Shown here: positions 14,654-26,805 of the stretch, one piece after another | Layout: each line of letters starts with the position of its first letter | Position numbering within the stretch: position 1 is the first letter of the stretch | NCBI RefSeq assembly: GCF_009914755.1 | Contig: NC_060938.1 | Source: the human T2T-CHM13v2.0 reference genome, Homo sapiens | DNA length: 64,000 nt | Reading direction: 5' to 3' (one strand) | Position numbers and translations under genes: made by a program | The notes under the pieces: generated by a model | What the model saw: only the letters and a program-made list of their open reading frames with translations | The model's database searches: none | What the model was told of the DNA's origin: nothing

Positions 14654-14892
14654 TTAAGTGTATACTACATTAGACATACTTCAAGATTTAGTAAACCTGA
14701 AGAACATCAGAAGAAATATTCCAGAGGCAAGAAAAGAAAAGAAAAAAATATATATAAGAAGGAAAAAGACACAGAAGGTACAGTGACAATGTCTAACATA
14801 GGTTTGGCCAGGGTTCTAGAAGGAGAAAAAAAGATAAGACAAAATAGAAGCAATTATCTGAAAAGTTAACTGCTGAGGATTTTTCAAACTGA

Positions 14893-15211
<319 letters not shown>

Positions 15212-15337
15212 CAAAGCACTGATTTTAACAAGTCTTACAAACTGAAAGAATAATAAATGAAAAGAAATTCATACCTAAGTGTACTAAAGTGAAACTTCTT
15301 AAGACTGAAGACTAAAAACAAATATTAAAATAACCTA

Positions 15338-15640
15338 GGCCAGGCGTGGTGGCTCACGCCTGTAATCCTAGCACTTTGGGAGGCTGAGGCAGGCAGATCA
15401 CCTGAGGTTAGGAGTTCAAGACCAGCCGGGCCAACACAGCAAAACCTTGTCTCTACTAAAAATACAAAAATTAGCTGGTCATGGGTGCCTGTAATCCCAG
15501 CTACTCAGGAGGCTGAGGCATGACAATCACTTGAACCCAGGAGGCGCAGGTTGCAGTGAGCTGAGATGCCCCTGCACTCCAGCCTGGGCGACAAGAGCAA
15601 AACTCCATTTCAAAAAAAAGAAAACAAAAAACAAAAAAAA
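15338..15640 (+). mobile_element. AluS SINE
   Basis: Dimeric Alu with A-rich tail. Confidence 0.9.
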
Positions 15641-17082
15641 AAGAATCCAGAGAAAAGAAAATTACTTTCAAAAGAGTCCTAATATACTAACAGCTGACTT
15701 TCCACTAGTAAAAATGGGAAAGAAGAGACAGTGGAATATTATTTTCAATGTGCTGAAACAAAACAGTTACCATAAAATAATGACATTTGAGATATACTAG
15801 AGGAGACATATTTTGCCACTATCAAATCTACAATGAAGGAAATTTTAAAGCATGTATTTCAGGTAGGAGGAGAATGATCTCACATGAAAAGTCTTAGATA
15901 CAAGGAATTAAGAGCAAAGAAAATGGAAAATGTTTAAGTAAATCCAGTGTTTAAGTGTATAAAACAATAATAATAGTCTTGTGGACTTTCAAAAATACAA
16001 AATTAAAATACACAACAATAGCATACAAATCAGGAAAGAATATATGGAGTTCAAGTGTTCTGACTTCCTTATATTATTAAATTTTGACAAATTAAAAATG
16101 TGTAATATAATTTTAAAAGTAATCAATAAAATAATACAAAGAATATAATTTTAAACTGGTAAAGAGGAGGATTTGATACATAAAAATCAGATATCCATCT
16201 AAAAGAGGACAAAAAGGAGAGAAGAAGAAATGTAATAGATCAGACAAATGAAAGCACTTTGGAAGATGGCATATTTAATTCTAAATATAGTAGCAAGAAA
16301 TGTAAAAGGACTAAATGGTTCAGTTAAAAGCTAAAGATTGACTGTTAAAAAAAATCCAACAGCTAATAGGAGACACATTTGAAACATAATAATAAAGAAA
16401 GGTTGAAATTAAAAGGAAAATACATACCTTGTAAACACCAACGAAAAGAAAGCTGATATGTCTAGAGGAAAACATCAGACAAAACACTTTAAGGCAGAAA
16501 GCATTAGTACAGATAAAGAGGGATACTTTATACTTATGAGAGGTTTCAATTAACCAAACGGATATTGTTTTTCATTCATATGAATCTTAAGACTATGAGA
16601 AAGTCTCAAGATTTTATATAGCAAAAGTTGAGAGACTATAAAGAGAAATAACATAAATTACCATATATATGTGGAGGGGTGGGCATAATATAAAACTTGG
16701 TATGTACAACTGCAAAATATACATTCTTTTCAAGCATGTGAATGGAATCTTAAATATAAATATATAGATATAGATAAAAGTTGACATGGCTTTTTCCCCG
16801 TCCAGCCAGGTAGCAATTTTCATTATTCCCAAGTGTTTATTTGGAACACATATAACACATTATTTGTGTACATAAAAGCAGGTTAGATAGGCTCTACCCT
16901 TATTACAAGCAATGCAAACACACCAATGTTGAGCACTTGGTAAGAGCCAGCTCTGTAGAGGATACTAGTTTATCTCCTTTAATTTAACTCTCATCCTATT
17001 ATGTCGGTATTATTATGCCTAATGTGGGGAAAAGAACTAAGACACAGAGAGATTGAGCAAAAATTTTAAGATCAGCCCCCAC

Positions 17083-17492
<410 letters not shown>

Positions 17493-18729
17493 TAAGCATT
17501 CCTATCGGAGGATCTCTAATAATATTAGGAAGCTATCTTTGTACAACATTGACAAACGTTTAAGTGTCTGCAATATAGTAGAATTACATATTGAGCCAAA
17601 GAAGTGGCTAAAATAGTTTGATGAGAGAGCTGTCTTAGAAGACACAGTTAGTGCTAGTGATTTGGAATGTGAGAATGGCTGAGAGTAAAGAACTATCATG
17701 TACCCAGCATAAAGAAATTAAAAAGCCTCTTCTATTTGACATCTTATGCTATTGAAAATCCTTTCCTTCTAGTTCAAGTTCACTATTTTCCCATTGCTTA
17801 TACGTCCTGAAGTGAATTTCAATCTCAACAGTCTTTCATGACCAAATGAAAGTCGTTATAAATTCCCTCTGCTTTCAAGTTTTTAGAATGTGTATTATCT
17901 ATTTTACTGCTCAATACAGGGAGGAAAACATAGATAAGTATAATTATAGAGTGTATCAGTCAATTATTTAAATCTATTCAATATTTGAATAATTAGGCCC
18001 ACTTCATCTTCTATCAACTGTTTTAATATTTGTTCAGCTGAGCTTCACGCCTCAAGTCTCATCCCACTTTCTTACCTTCTCCACATCTTTCCCTCAGCCT
18101 CACAGCTGCATTGCTCCAACATAGCCATACAGTTTTCTTTTCAAAGCAAATATTTGATTATATCATTTAAATGCTTTAAAAAAAAGCAGTAGCTTTCACT
18201 TAAAAATATCCGCACTCAATTTAGTGTGGTTATAATGGGCTTTGCAATCTTGCCCCAGTTTATCTTTCCAGTCTCAGCTTCTCCACTCCTTACACCCTCT
18301 TAGGACAAAAATAACAGACTGATGGCCCATTTATGGAAAATACTGTACTGTGTTGTCATGCCTATGTGACAAGAAACTGAAGCCAGAGAGGTTAAACAGC
18401 CTGTTTAAGTCACGCAATAAGAAAATGGCAGAGCCGAGATTCAAACTCAGATCTGACTGACTCCAACTCATGGGCATAACCCAGTACACTACATTGCCTT
18501 CTTTTGTCTTTTACATCTTTTGTGAATTTTGTTTTAACCACATGAAACAAAATTAATTTTGAGCACATTAAATGGTGTGCATAATCACTACTGTCTTGCA
18601 TCATAATTGGGTATAAAATATCAGCCAGTCACACAAGAAATTATTGTTATTTCTGAAGAATTTAGGGTTGCCATTAGTGTCAATAGTCTTCCTTCGCCTC
18701 AGACACTTAATAACACCCTCTTTTCATTT

Positions 18730-18955
18730 AAGACTCACTATGTGCCATGCATTGTGATAAGTATTTTATAAACACAATAACATGTAATGCCCAAAGTACC
18801 CTGTGAGATAATTATTTCTATTTCCATTTGTGATGAGGAAACTGAGGGTTAAAAAGGCTAAATTGCTTAAGATTAAACAGCTAGTAGTGGAGCTGGAACT
18901 CTACTAAACTCAAACTGTCTAACTTTAAAGCCTGTGCCCTCAACTAACTACCCTA
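18730..18955 (-). mobile_element. MIR SINE
   Basis: Core gatgaggaaactgagg...aaaggctaaattgc...acagctagtagtggagctgg. Confidence 0.65.
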
Positions 18956-19469
18956 TACAACCTCCCTTTAAATGTCCTAGATTGAACTTCTCAATAAACT
19001 GGATCCTATCCTGTACATCTTATTTTTGCCTAAAATTCCCTGTTTCCTAAACATGTAGTTTTCTCTTGCCAGTCTTATCTTTCCTACTAAGTAGCTGACC
19101 GCTTCTTTCTGCTCCCATTCTTCTAGTATCCTGGGTACTAAACAGCTTAAAATAAGAGGCTCCTGTCATGAATTGGGGTTTATTTTCCCTATAGGTAATG
19201 GCTTCAGAGGAAGAAAATGGTGGTGATCTAAGCCATGGGTCAAGTGGCTGAGGTGGGAGGAAAAGACTTCCAAGGGCATATGATACAAGAAAGACTTTCC
19301 TATTCCTTTCATTTGTCTGGACTAAGATTCCCAAATGCCTAGGATCTAGAACTCCTTATGACTTTGTATACTTTCTTTTGTACTCAGTCAGGGTGGGCTT
19401 CAGGCCTGTGGGTTGCAGTAACAAGAAACTGTGATGCTTTTTTTTTGAACCTGGTAGCTTATGATTTTA

Positions 19470-20380
19470 GACATCAATTCATTTATATATGTCAGGCATT
19501 GATCTAGATACCAGATGAAAACGAAGCTGAGAACAAAACAAAGAACCTACCGTCCTGGATTTTATAGAGACAACAGACAATTAACAAATACATAATACAG
19601 TGGCAAATAGTGATAAATGCTATGAAGAAAAAGTAAAGGGACAGAAAATGATGAAGATATCCTTCAGGCAGTAGAGAAAAAGAAGAAAATGATGAAGGGT
19701 GATGGTGGGTTAGGGCTGTTATTTTAGTTTGGGTGGTCAGGGAAGATCTTTCTCAGGTGGTATTATTTGAGTAAAGATCCACAAATGAAGTTAAGAAACA
19801 AGATGTGAACATATCTGAAGAAAAAACATTCTGGCAGAATAAACAGCCTTGAGGTGGAAGTGTGCTTGTCATGTTTGAGGAAAATAAGGTGTCCACTTAG
19901 ATGGAGCAGACTGAATGAGGAAAAGAGGAGTGGGAGATGTGGTTTAAGAATATCCAGGGACCAAGCAGAGCTTTGGATTTTATTCTAAATGTGTTGGGAA
20001 GCCACTTGAAGATTTTGAACAAAAGAGTGAAAGAATCAGATTTATATTCTAATAGGATACAACTTGCTGCTGAATAAAGTATACACTATAAGGAGGCAAG
20101 GATGGAAGCAAGAGACCAAATAGAGTAACAGTGGTAGAGAATTTGAGAAGATTCAGATTCAGGAAATGCTTTGAAAATAGAGCTGATAAGAACTGCTAAT
20201 GGATTGAATATGGGGTGTTTAGCTTTAACCCAAAGTCTTTGGGTTTTGGCTGAGGCAACTAATTGAATGAAGGTGCCATTTACTGGGATGAGGAAAACTG
20301 AGATGGGGATTAAGTTTAGGAGAGGAAATCAAGAGTTTGGTTTTAGATTTGTGAGAGACTGTTTGACTTTCAAGTTCCTA
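19470..20380 (-). mobile_element. L2 LINE 3' fragment
   Basis: gtgataaatgctatgaagaaaa, gtggtcagggaag, tgggaagccacttgaagattttgaaca, gtgccatttactgggatg are typical antisense L2 sequence. Confidence 0.7.
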
Positions 20381-21169
20381 GGGACAATGGGCCTGTAGTA
20401 GCTGCAGCTGGTGTTAACCTTTTACAGGGACATGTCTAAGTGGAGGTGAGGGGGCAGAGAAACAGAAGAAATAAAGTTCCTTCTGAGTAATCTCCCAGAT
20501 ATTCAAGTGATAAAAAGCAGGTTAGTCATCTGAGCCTGTCTTATACACACTGATTTCAGGGCAAGAAGAAGTCTCCTCTCTCTTCAAAAAATGTTCCGAT
20601 TTCTATTGTCTCAAAATTTCTGAATTTAAATTAAATGTATCCCGCAATTAGAGAAAGCAGAAAATGTAAATAGCTTGAGAGATAATCCAGTGCGTATGAG
20701 TTTTTACCAAAGTATAACTGAGAGCAGATGAAGGTCCTGAATGTTTAATCTTTTTGTGAAGAGAAAGGAGGTAGATATTAAATAAAACAAAGATTTTATA
20801 ATCTTGCTTTGGCAATGCCCTATTTATCGTAATTTTTAAGTGAGAAACTACAGAAAGAGTGTTTGTATCTTGAAGGATCATCTAAGTTTATACCCAAGGG
20901 GGGATTACGCATTTAAATTCTTTCTCTTCCCCACATTTTAATCCTTTCTATCTTTTAACCCTTAGTCTTTTCCCAAAAGTGTTCTTCAACTAGAAGGCCT
21001 GTGGCATGATTGAGGCTTGTCAACTCTCTTCTAGGGCCAGATTTCAAACAGATGGCCCTGGAGAATGCTACTTATCTGTACAGTTCTCCATTTGATGTTG
21101 CAGTGTGCTAGTATCCTAGGGGAAGGGTACCACATTTAACTCCAGAAAGGATTTAAGGCAGTTTTGCAA

Positions 21170-21655
21170 TTTTTTTTTTTCTGATTATCAGAGTAATATA
21201 CGATTATTGCAAAATATTTTAACAAAAAAGTTAAAAAAAGACTATTTGAATTCCTACTTACTAGAGGCAATCCCAACAACATTTTGGCATATTTCCTTCC
21301 ACTGTCTTATATGCATTTCGTTTTTTTCATAACTGAGCTCTTTATTGTACAAGCAACTTTTGCTGCCTGCTGTTTTTGCTTAGTTATGGTATATATGTTT
21401 GTCTCTATCATTACATTTTTAAAGCTACGTAATCATCTATAACACGGCTATACTATAGTTTACTCAAGATGGTTTCTGATTATTTATAATTACAAATAAC
21501 ACTGTGATAAACAGCTTTGTGCATAAATCTTCGCTCTTCTTTTGGATGACTTACTAAAGGAGGAATTGGTAGATTAAATGTATACATACTTTTTAAAGCT
21601 TCTGATGTAAATTGTTACAATGATTTCCAGAAAGGATGTTATTAAATTACACTTG
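21170..21655 (-). mobile_element. Ancient L1ME 3' fragment
   Basis: aacattttggcatatttccttcc, attacaaataacactgtgataaaca, tttccagaaaggatgt motifs. Confidence 0.55.
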
Positions 21656-22036
21656 GGAAGGGAAGGAGAGAGCTATTGGAACTATCGGATCTGGTAGAAA
21701 ATATCTGACAGCAATTCTTACAAAGTACTATGCCCCTGGGGAAGAGTCCTTTCTCTCTCTGGAAAAGGGGTTATCTTAAAGTATTAAAATTATTACATCA
21801 GATTTTCCACACCACACAATATGTATGGATCATGAGGAGGAAAGGAGAATTGAGAATTTGAGTTAGAAGTCACATATAAGCTGACATGTCAGAAATGACC
21901 AATTTGGGAAACTAAGTTTACCAACACTGCTAAAGGACTCAAATATTTTAAACAGTGGTTCAGATATTGTGATTATGCAGTATCAGGTTTATTTAATTTT
22001 GTATCATTTCATGCTATTTAATGAGACAATATAATG

Positions 22037-22310
22037 AGTGTTTTTCAAACTGTGGGTCCTAATCCATTTGTAAATTATGAAATCAATGTATTTTCTATGA
22101 CTGCTATTTTTAAGAAACAAAATACAATAGAATGAAAAATATGAGAATGCACTGCAAACATTTCAATGTATGATTTCATAATTTACAAATAGATTAGGAC
22201 CCACAGTATTATTTTGTGAGACTTTTGTTTCAGTTACATGTGTGTATATACTATAGAACACATTTATTATTGTGGGATGTGATTAAGGAAAAAAATAGTT
22301 TGAAGCCATT
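22037..22310. mobile_element. Charlie4-like hAT DNA transposon fragment
   Basis: Imperfect TIRs AGTGTTTTTCAAAC ... GTTTGAAGCCATTG. Confidence 0.45.
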
Positions 22311-22540
22311 GGTGTAGTGGAAAGAGTCTGGGCTTTGGAATTAGCCAGAACAAGTTTGAATCTGAGCTCTGCTTGGCTTTTACCCATTATCTAACTAAAT
22401 GGCTCAATCACCACATTGAAAAAAGAGAGAAATAATATCTCCTTTTTGGTTTGTGTGTGTACATGTTGTGTGCGTGTGTATGAAGATTAGAGATTACTTA
22501 AGCAGAATGCCTATAACATAGTCAATGATTAATATATAAT
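22311..22540 (+). mobile_element. MIR SINE
   Basis: gtgtagtggaaagagtctgggctttggaattag...gtttgaatctgagctctgc. Confidence 0.55.
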
Positions 22541-23776
22541 TACTTCCAAATCTTTCTCAAAATAATGTTCTCCCTGTAAAAATACTTCACTGAAGAAAGA
22601 CAATGTGTTTTATTGATGACTACATCTGTTATGCTATCGTGTACTTTTAAAACACCTCTGTCAGTCTTTTTCTCCAATTTGGTTTAGTAAGGAGACTTGT
22701 GCACATAGTCTTTCCCCTTCCTGTTCTCACACTTTATTTACCTATATTATGGATCTTGGCACTTTATATCTGTCATAGATGGTCTAATTGTTGCCTAGTT
22801 CAATTACTACTAAACACTTTCAAACCTCTTCTAGTTCTCAAAATAGTGGTGGGAGCATTGCAGGGTGCCAGATGAAAATCTGTTGAGTTTGCTCTACAGC
22901 ACACCTTTTGCAAAGTATCACTTGTGGTGTACGGGGAAGCAGCTGTAATGCTGATTCCGCCGGCATTTCTCACTCAATCTACTCCATGCTAAACAGGCCG
23001 GTTAGGAATTAAGTCATACTCTGGGTAGTACAAGTGGAAAGTGTGAACAGAGAAACCACTTTATGCGAGGACAGTGGAAAATGAGATCCTCCTTTCCTCT
23101 CCCTACTCCTGCTCCTATCGAGAAGCACTTAAGAGCGCAGACGCCCAGGACCCAGCCGCGCTCGGGCGTCCCGACTCGGAGGCTGGCGGCGGGCAGGCAC
23201 GCTCTCCCGCGCTGAGAGCCCTTCTGCGGAGATGAACTCTCGAGTGTCGCCGCCGCGCGCGGGCCCGATCGATACCGGCGGGCGGACGTGCTCCCGCCGC
23301 CGACAGCAGCCACAGGGCGGTGCAGTCAGCTGTCCGGCCGCTCGGTCGCACTTCTCATCAGCTCAATACCCGCAGAGGACGTGCACCGGTTCCCTCCCGG
23401 ACACCCACCCCGTGGTCTCCGCCGCACCTTCTGCCCACCGCCCCTTCCGCTCGGCCGTCCGGCGCAGAGCGGGAGCTTTTCAGCCAGACGCCCTCGCGTT
23501 GGGGGCAGCCGGGTCCCGGCCCGAGCGGAGGGCGTCGTGAGGTGGCCTTTTCGCCCGGCTCCCCAGTGGGACGCTCCGCGGAGGCAGCCAAGGCGGGGAG
23601 TGTCGAGCTCCCTCACACTCTGGACCTTACCTTCTGGCGTCTTCGCCCGGGAGGCTGCAGGGGGAGGCGGACCCAGCCGGCCACAGGGGCAGGTTCGCGG
23701 CGCTGTGAGGCGGGGCTGGGCGTGCGCCGCCGCCGCCGCCAGATTCGTCTACTCCAGTGAATCGGCACGGGAGAAA

Positions 23777-23913
23777 GCCCCGCCCCCGGCGCCCGCTCCC
23801 ACTCCTGATTGGCCGGGCCAGCCCGGGGAGGCCCGGCGGGACCCCGGCCCGCGTCTCAGCTATAAAGATAGCCCCGGCATGACAGCCGCGGCGAAGCTCT
23901 TCTAGTTCATCTG
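23777..23913 (+). promoter_or_regulatory. INSM2 core promoter: GC box, inverted CCAAT, TATA, E-box
   Basis: GCCCCGCCCC 23777-23786; ATTGG 23808-23812; TATAAA 23861-23866 (implies TSS ~23890-23895); CATCTG 23908-23913. Confidence 0.8.
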
Positions 23914-23978
23914 CTGGCCGGCTCTCAGTCCCCGTGGCGCCCCCTTTCCTCTTGTCCCAGAGCGCTCTCGACTCCACC

Positions 23979-25679
23979 ATGCCAAGGGGATTCCTGGTGA
24001 AGCGAACTAAACGGACAGGCGGCTTGTACCGAGTTCGCCTTGCGGAGCGTGTCTTCCCTCTGCTGGGGCCCCAGGGGGCGCCGCCCTTCTTGGAGGAGGC
24101 TCCCAGCGCCTCCTTGCCCGGCGCGGAGCGGGCGACACCCCCCACCCGAGAGGAACCAGGAAAGGGGTTGACGGCGGAGGCGGCCCGGGAACAGTCGGGG
24201 TCGCCATGTCGGGCGGCTGGGGTGAGCCCGGGGACGGGCGGGCGGGAAGGCGCGGAGTGGCGGGCGGGTGGCAGGGAAGGTCCCGGGCCCAGCCCCAGCC
24301 CCAGCCCCAGTCCAGCGAAGCCGGCAGGCGCAGAGCTGCGTCGGGCGTTCCTGGAGCGCTGCCTCAGCTCGCCCGTCTCCGCCGAGTCTTTCCCCGGGGG
24401 CGCCGCCGCCGTGGCCGCTTTCTCCTGCTCCGTGGCGCCAGCAGCCGCACCGACCCCGGGGGAGCAGTTTCTGCTGCCGCTTCGGGCGCCGTTCCCAGAG
24501 CCCGCGCTTCAGCCGGACCCTGCGCCCCTCTCGGCCGCCCTTCAGAGTCTGAAGCGGGCGGCCGGCGGCGAGCGCCGCGGCAAGGCACCCACGGGCTGCG
24601 CGTCTGGACCCGCGGCCGCGGGAATCAAGAAGCCAAAGGCCATGAGGAAGTTGAGCTTTGCCGATGAGGTGACCACATCCCCTGTCCTGGGCCTGAAGAT
24701 CAAGGAGGAGGAGCCCGGAGCGCCGTCCCGGGGCTTGGGGGGCAGCCGCACGCCACTGGGGGAGTTCATCTGCCAGCTGTGCAAGGAGCAGTACGCAGAC
24801 CCCTTCGCGCTGGCCCAGCACCGCTGCTCCCGCATCGTGCGCGTAGAGTACCGCTGCCCTGAGTGCGACAAGGTGTTCAGCTGTCCTGCGAACCTGGCCT
24901 CCCATCGCCGCTGGCATAAGCCGCGTCCTGCGGCTGCAAACGCCGCCACAGTCTCCTCCGCCGACGGGAAGCCGCCTTCTTCGTCGTCTTCGTCCTCCCG
25001 GGACTCCGGGGCCATTGCATCTTTTCTGGCGGAGGGAAAGGAGAACAGCCGAATAGAGCGGACTGCGGATCAGCACCCGCAGGCCAGGGACAGCTCCGGG
25101 GCGGATCAGCACCCGGACAGCGCCCCGAGGCAGGGCCTCCAGGTGCTGACGCATCCAGAGCCACCGCTGCCTCAGGGCCCCTACACGGAGGGGGTGTTGG
25201 GGCGCCGGGTACCTGTGCCGGGCAGTACCAGTGGTGGCAGGGGATCCGAGATTTTCGTGTGCCCATATTGCCACAAAAAGTTTCGTCGCCAAGCCTATCT
25301 GCGCAAGCACCTGAGCACTCACGAGGCGGGCTCGGCCCGTGCGCTAGCGCCGGGCTTTGGCTCCGAACGCGGTGCCCCACTTGCCTTCGCTTGCCCATTG
25401 TGCGGAGCGCACTTCCCTACAGCAGATATCAGGGAGAAGCACCGGCTGTGGCATGCTGTCCGCGAGGAGCTGCTCCTGCCCGCTCTGGCGGGGGCTCCTC
25501 CCGAAACGTCGGGCCCTAGCGGGCCATCTGACGGGAGTGCCCAGCAAATTTTCTCGTGCAAGCACTGCCCGTCCACTTTTTTTAGCTCTCCAGGGCTGAC
25601 CCGGCACATCAATAAGTGCCACCCCTCAGAAAGCCGGCAAGTGCTGCTGCTGCAGATGCCACTGCGGCCTGGCTGCTGA
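23979..25679 (+). CDS. INSM2: Insulinoma-associated protein 2 (SNAG-domain zinc-finger repressor), 566 aa, intronless
   Basis: ATG in CCACCATG context; N-terminal SNAG MPRGFLVKR; INSM-family RKLSFADEVTTSPVLGLKIKEE; five fingers (CQLC..HRC, CPEC, CPYC, CPLC, CKHC); TGA 25677-25679. The ORF-track start at 23934 is a GTG. Confidence 0.98.
   Translation: MPRGFLVKRTKRTGGLYRVRLAERVFPLLGPQGAPPFLEEAPSASLPGAERATPPTREEPGKGLTAEAAREQSGSPCRAAGVSPGTGGREGAEWRAGGREGPGPSPSPSPSPAKPAGAELRRAFLERCLSSPVSAESFPGGAAAVAAFSCSVAPAAAPTPGEQFLLPLRAPFPEPALQPDPAPLSAALQSLKRAAGGERRGKAPTGCASGPAAAGIKKPKAMRKLSFADEVTTSPVLGLKIKEEEPGAPSRGLGGSRTPLGEFICQLCKEQYADPFALAQHRCSRIVRVEYRCPECDKVFSCPANLASHRRWHKPRPAAANAATVSSADGKPPSSSSSSSRDSGAIASFLAEGKENSRIERTADQHPQARDSSGADQHPDSAPRQGLQVLTHPEPPLPQGPYTEGVLGRRVPVPGSTSGGRGSEIFVCPYCHKKFRRQAYLRKHLSTHEAGSARALAPGFGSERGAPLAFACPLCGAHFPTADIREKHRLWHAVREELLLPALAGAPPETSGPSGPSDGSAQQIFSCKHCPSTFFSSPGLTRHINKCHPSESRQVLLLQMPLRPGC
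24288..24315 (+). repeat. (CCCAGC)n coding hexamer repeat (PSPSPSPSP)
   Basis: cccagccccagccccagccccagtcca within the INSM2 CDS. Confidence 0.85.
25069..25124 (+). promoter_or_regulatory. Two tandem non-canonical REST/NRSF (RE1) motifs within the INSM2 CDS
   Basis: ATCAGCACC-N10-GGACAGCTCC (25069-25097) and ATCAGCACC-N1-GGACAGCGCC (25105-25124). Confidence 0.6.
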
Positions 25680-26759
25680 GGGACGAGAGACCAGGATGAT
25701 TTCGAGGTTGGCCTTAGAGGAAACAGATCATGGGAATTTCTGTGGGGCTTTCTTCAACTTGCAAGTTTACTTTCATTCCTTCCTATGTTTTAATCCCCTA
25801 AAATTCTCCCTGTAGTCAATGTTCCACCAGAGGAGCGGACAGTGAAATGTAATATCCCTCTCTAGAGCAGGTATGTATATGGTATAAACCTTGAGATCAA
25901 AGACTGTCAGCTTTAAATCCTTCTCACTTTCCCCACTAAAATAGGATTTTTCCCCTTAAAACTCTGGAGACCCTAACGAATCCTATATGATTTGTAATTC
26001 CTATGGAAAGTCGCGGTGAATGCGTGCATGTCTCAATGTCCACAAAGGATTCTGGCTACCCTTTGGTAGCCAATGTTTTTTTTGTCTTGTCATCACAGGC
26101 GCCTATACAGCTTCTGTCTCAATAGGGTCAGATATTTTGCACTGTATATTCTGTGAATTAAAAGTTATGTGATTGGTGTCAAACTTAAGGAGATTCAAGA
26201 CCTGGCAGAAAATGTAAGAGGATTTTTGCTGCTTTTGGGGTGCATGGGGATCTCCCCTGTAAACTTTCCTTTGCCCAATTATATGTACATGTCCATTCTT
26301 AAGTTGGTGTTTGGAGGTGGGGAGGATGCTACTTTACTGGAGTTGAGACACCCCCTAAAATTCTCACCCTCAGCTATTTTGTGGGCAGTATTCAGGAAGA
26401 GCTACTTCAAACCTTTCTTTAAATGGCTTTTTGGAAATACAGAAGTCGTTTCCTCAAGTTTGACTGTTTTAATGGGGTTTCACCCAAATTGTTTAATGCT
26501 TCTGCTGTAAATGTCATACTGTGTATTCATTATGAAAATATGTACAGCTTAAGGAAGATGTTAACACCTGTAATCCACTAAGGAACTGAATGGCAATTTG
26601 CTCAATATTCAGTATTTTCTTTTCAGCGGCAACTTGTTTTTGATTTTTTTAAAAAACCATTTCAGTGTACATTGTGTACTAATTCCCTACTAGCCAGTTT
26701 GGGACATTGGCTGAGCACTGCCTGACAGAAAGCCCGTATTTGTAAGATGCTTACCACCA

Positions 26760-26805
26760 AATAAATGTACATAGACTGTGCTTTTGTTGTGTTCTGTGTT
26801 TGTCT
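26760..26805 (+). terminator. INSM2 polyadenylation signal
   Basis: AATAAA 26760-26765, upstream TGTA motifs, downstream GT-rich element gtgcttttgttgtgttctgtgtttgt. Confidence 0.85.

Larger units (their letters stand above)
23130..25600. promoter_or_regulatory. CpG island over the INSM2 promoter and CDS
   Basis: Abrupt switch from AT-rich, CpG-poor DNA to very GC- and CpG-rich DNA. Confidence 0.92.

Noticed and set aside
23326-23350. GCTGTCC RE1-like half-site in the promoter
   Set aside because: No credible partner half-site at a usable spacing.
23934-23978. 15-aa N-terminal extension in the 581-aa ORF call
   Set aside because: It starts at GTG. The SNAG domain must be N-terminal and ATG 23979 has a good Kozak context, so the extension is kept only as a speculative minor start.
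23925-25322. 465-aa antisense ORF over INSM2, plus the other overlapping ORFs at 23014-25622
   Set aside because: Stop-poor shadow frames are expected in a very GC-rich CDS/CpG island; Arg/Gly/Pro/Ala-rich with no recognisable domain.
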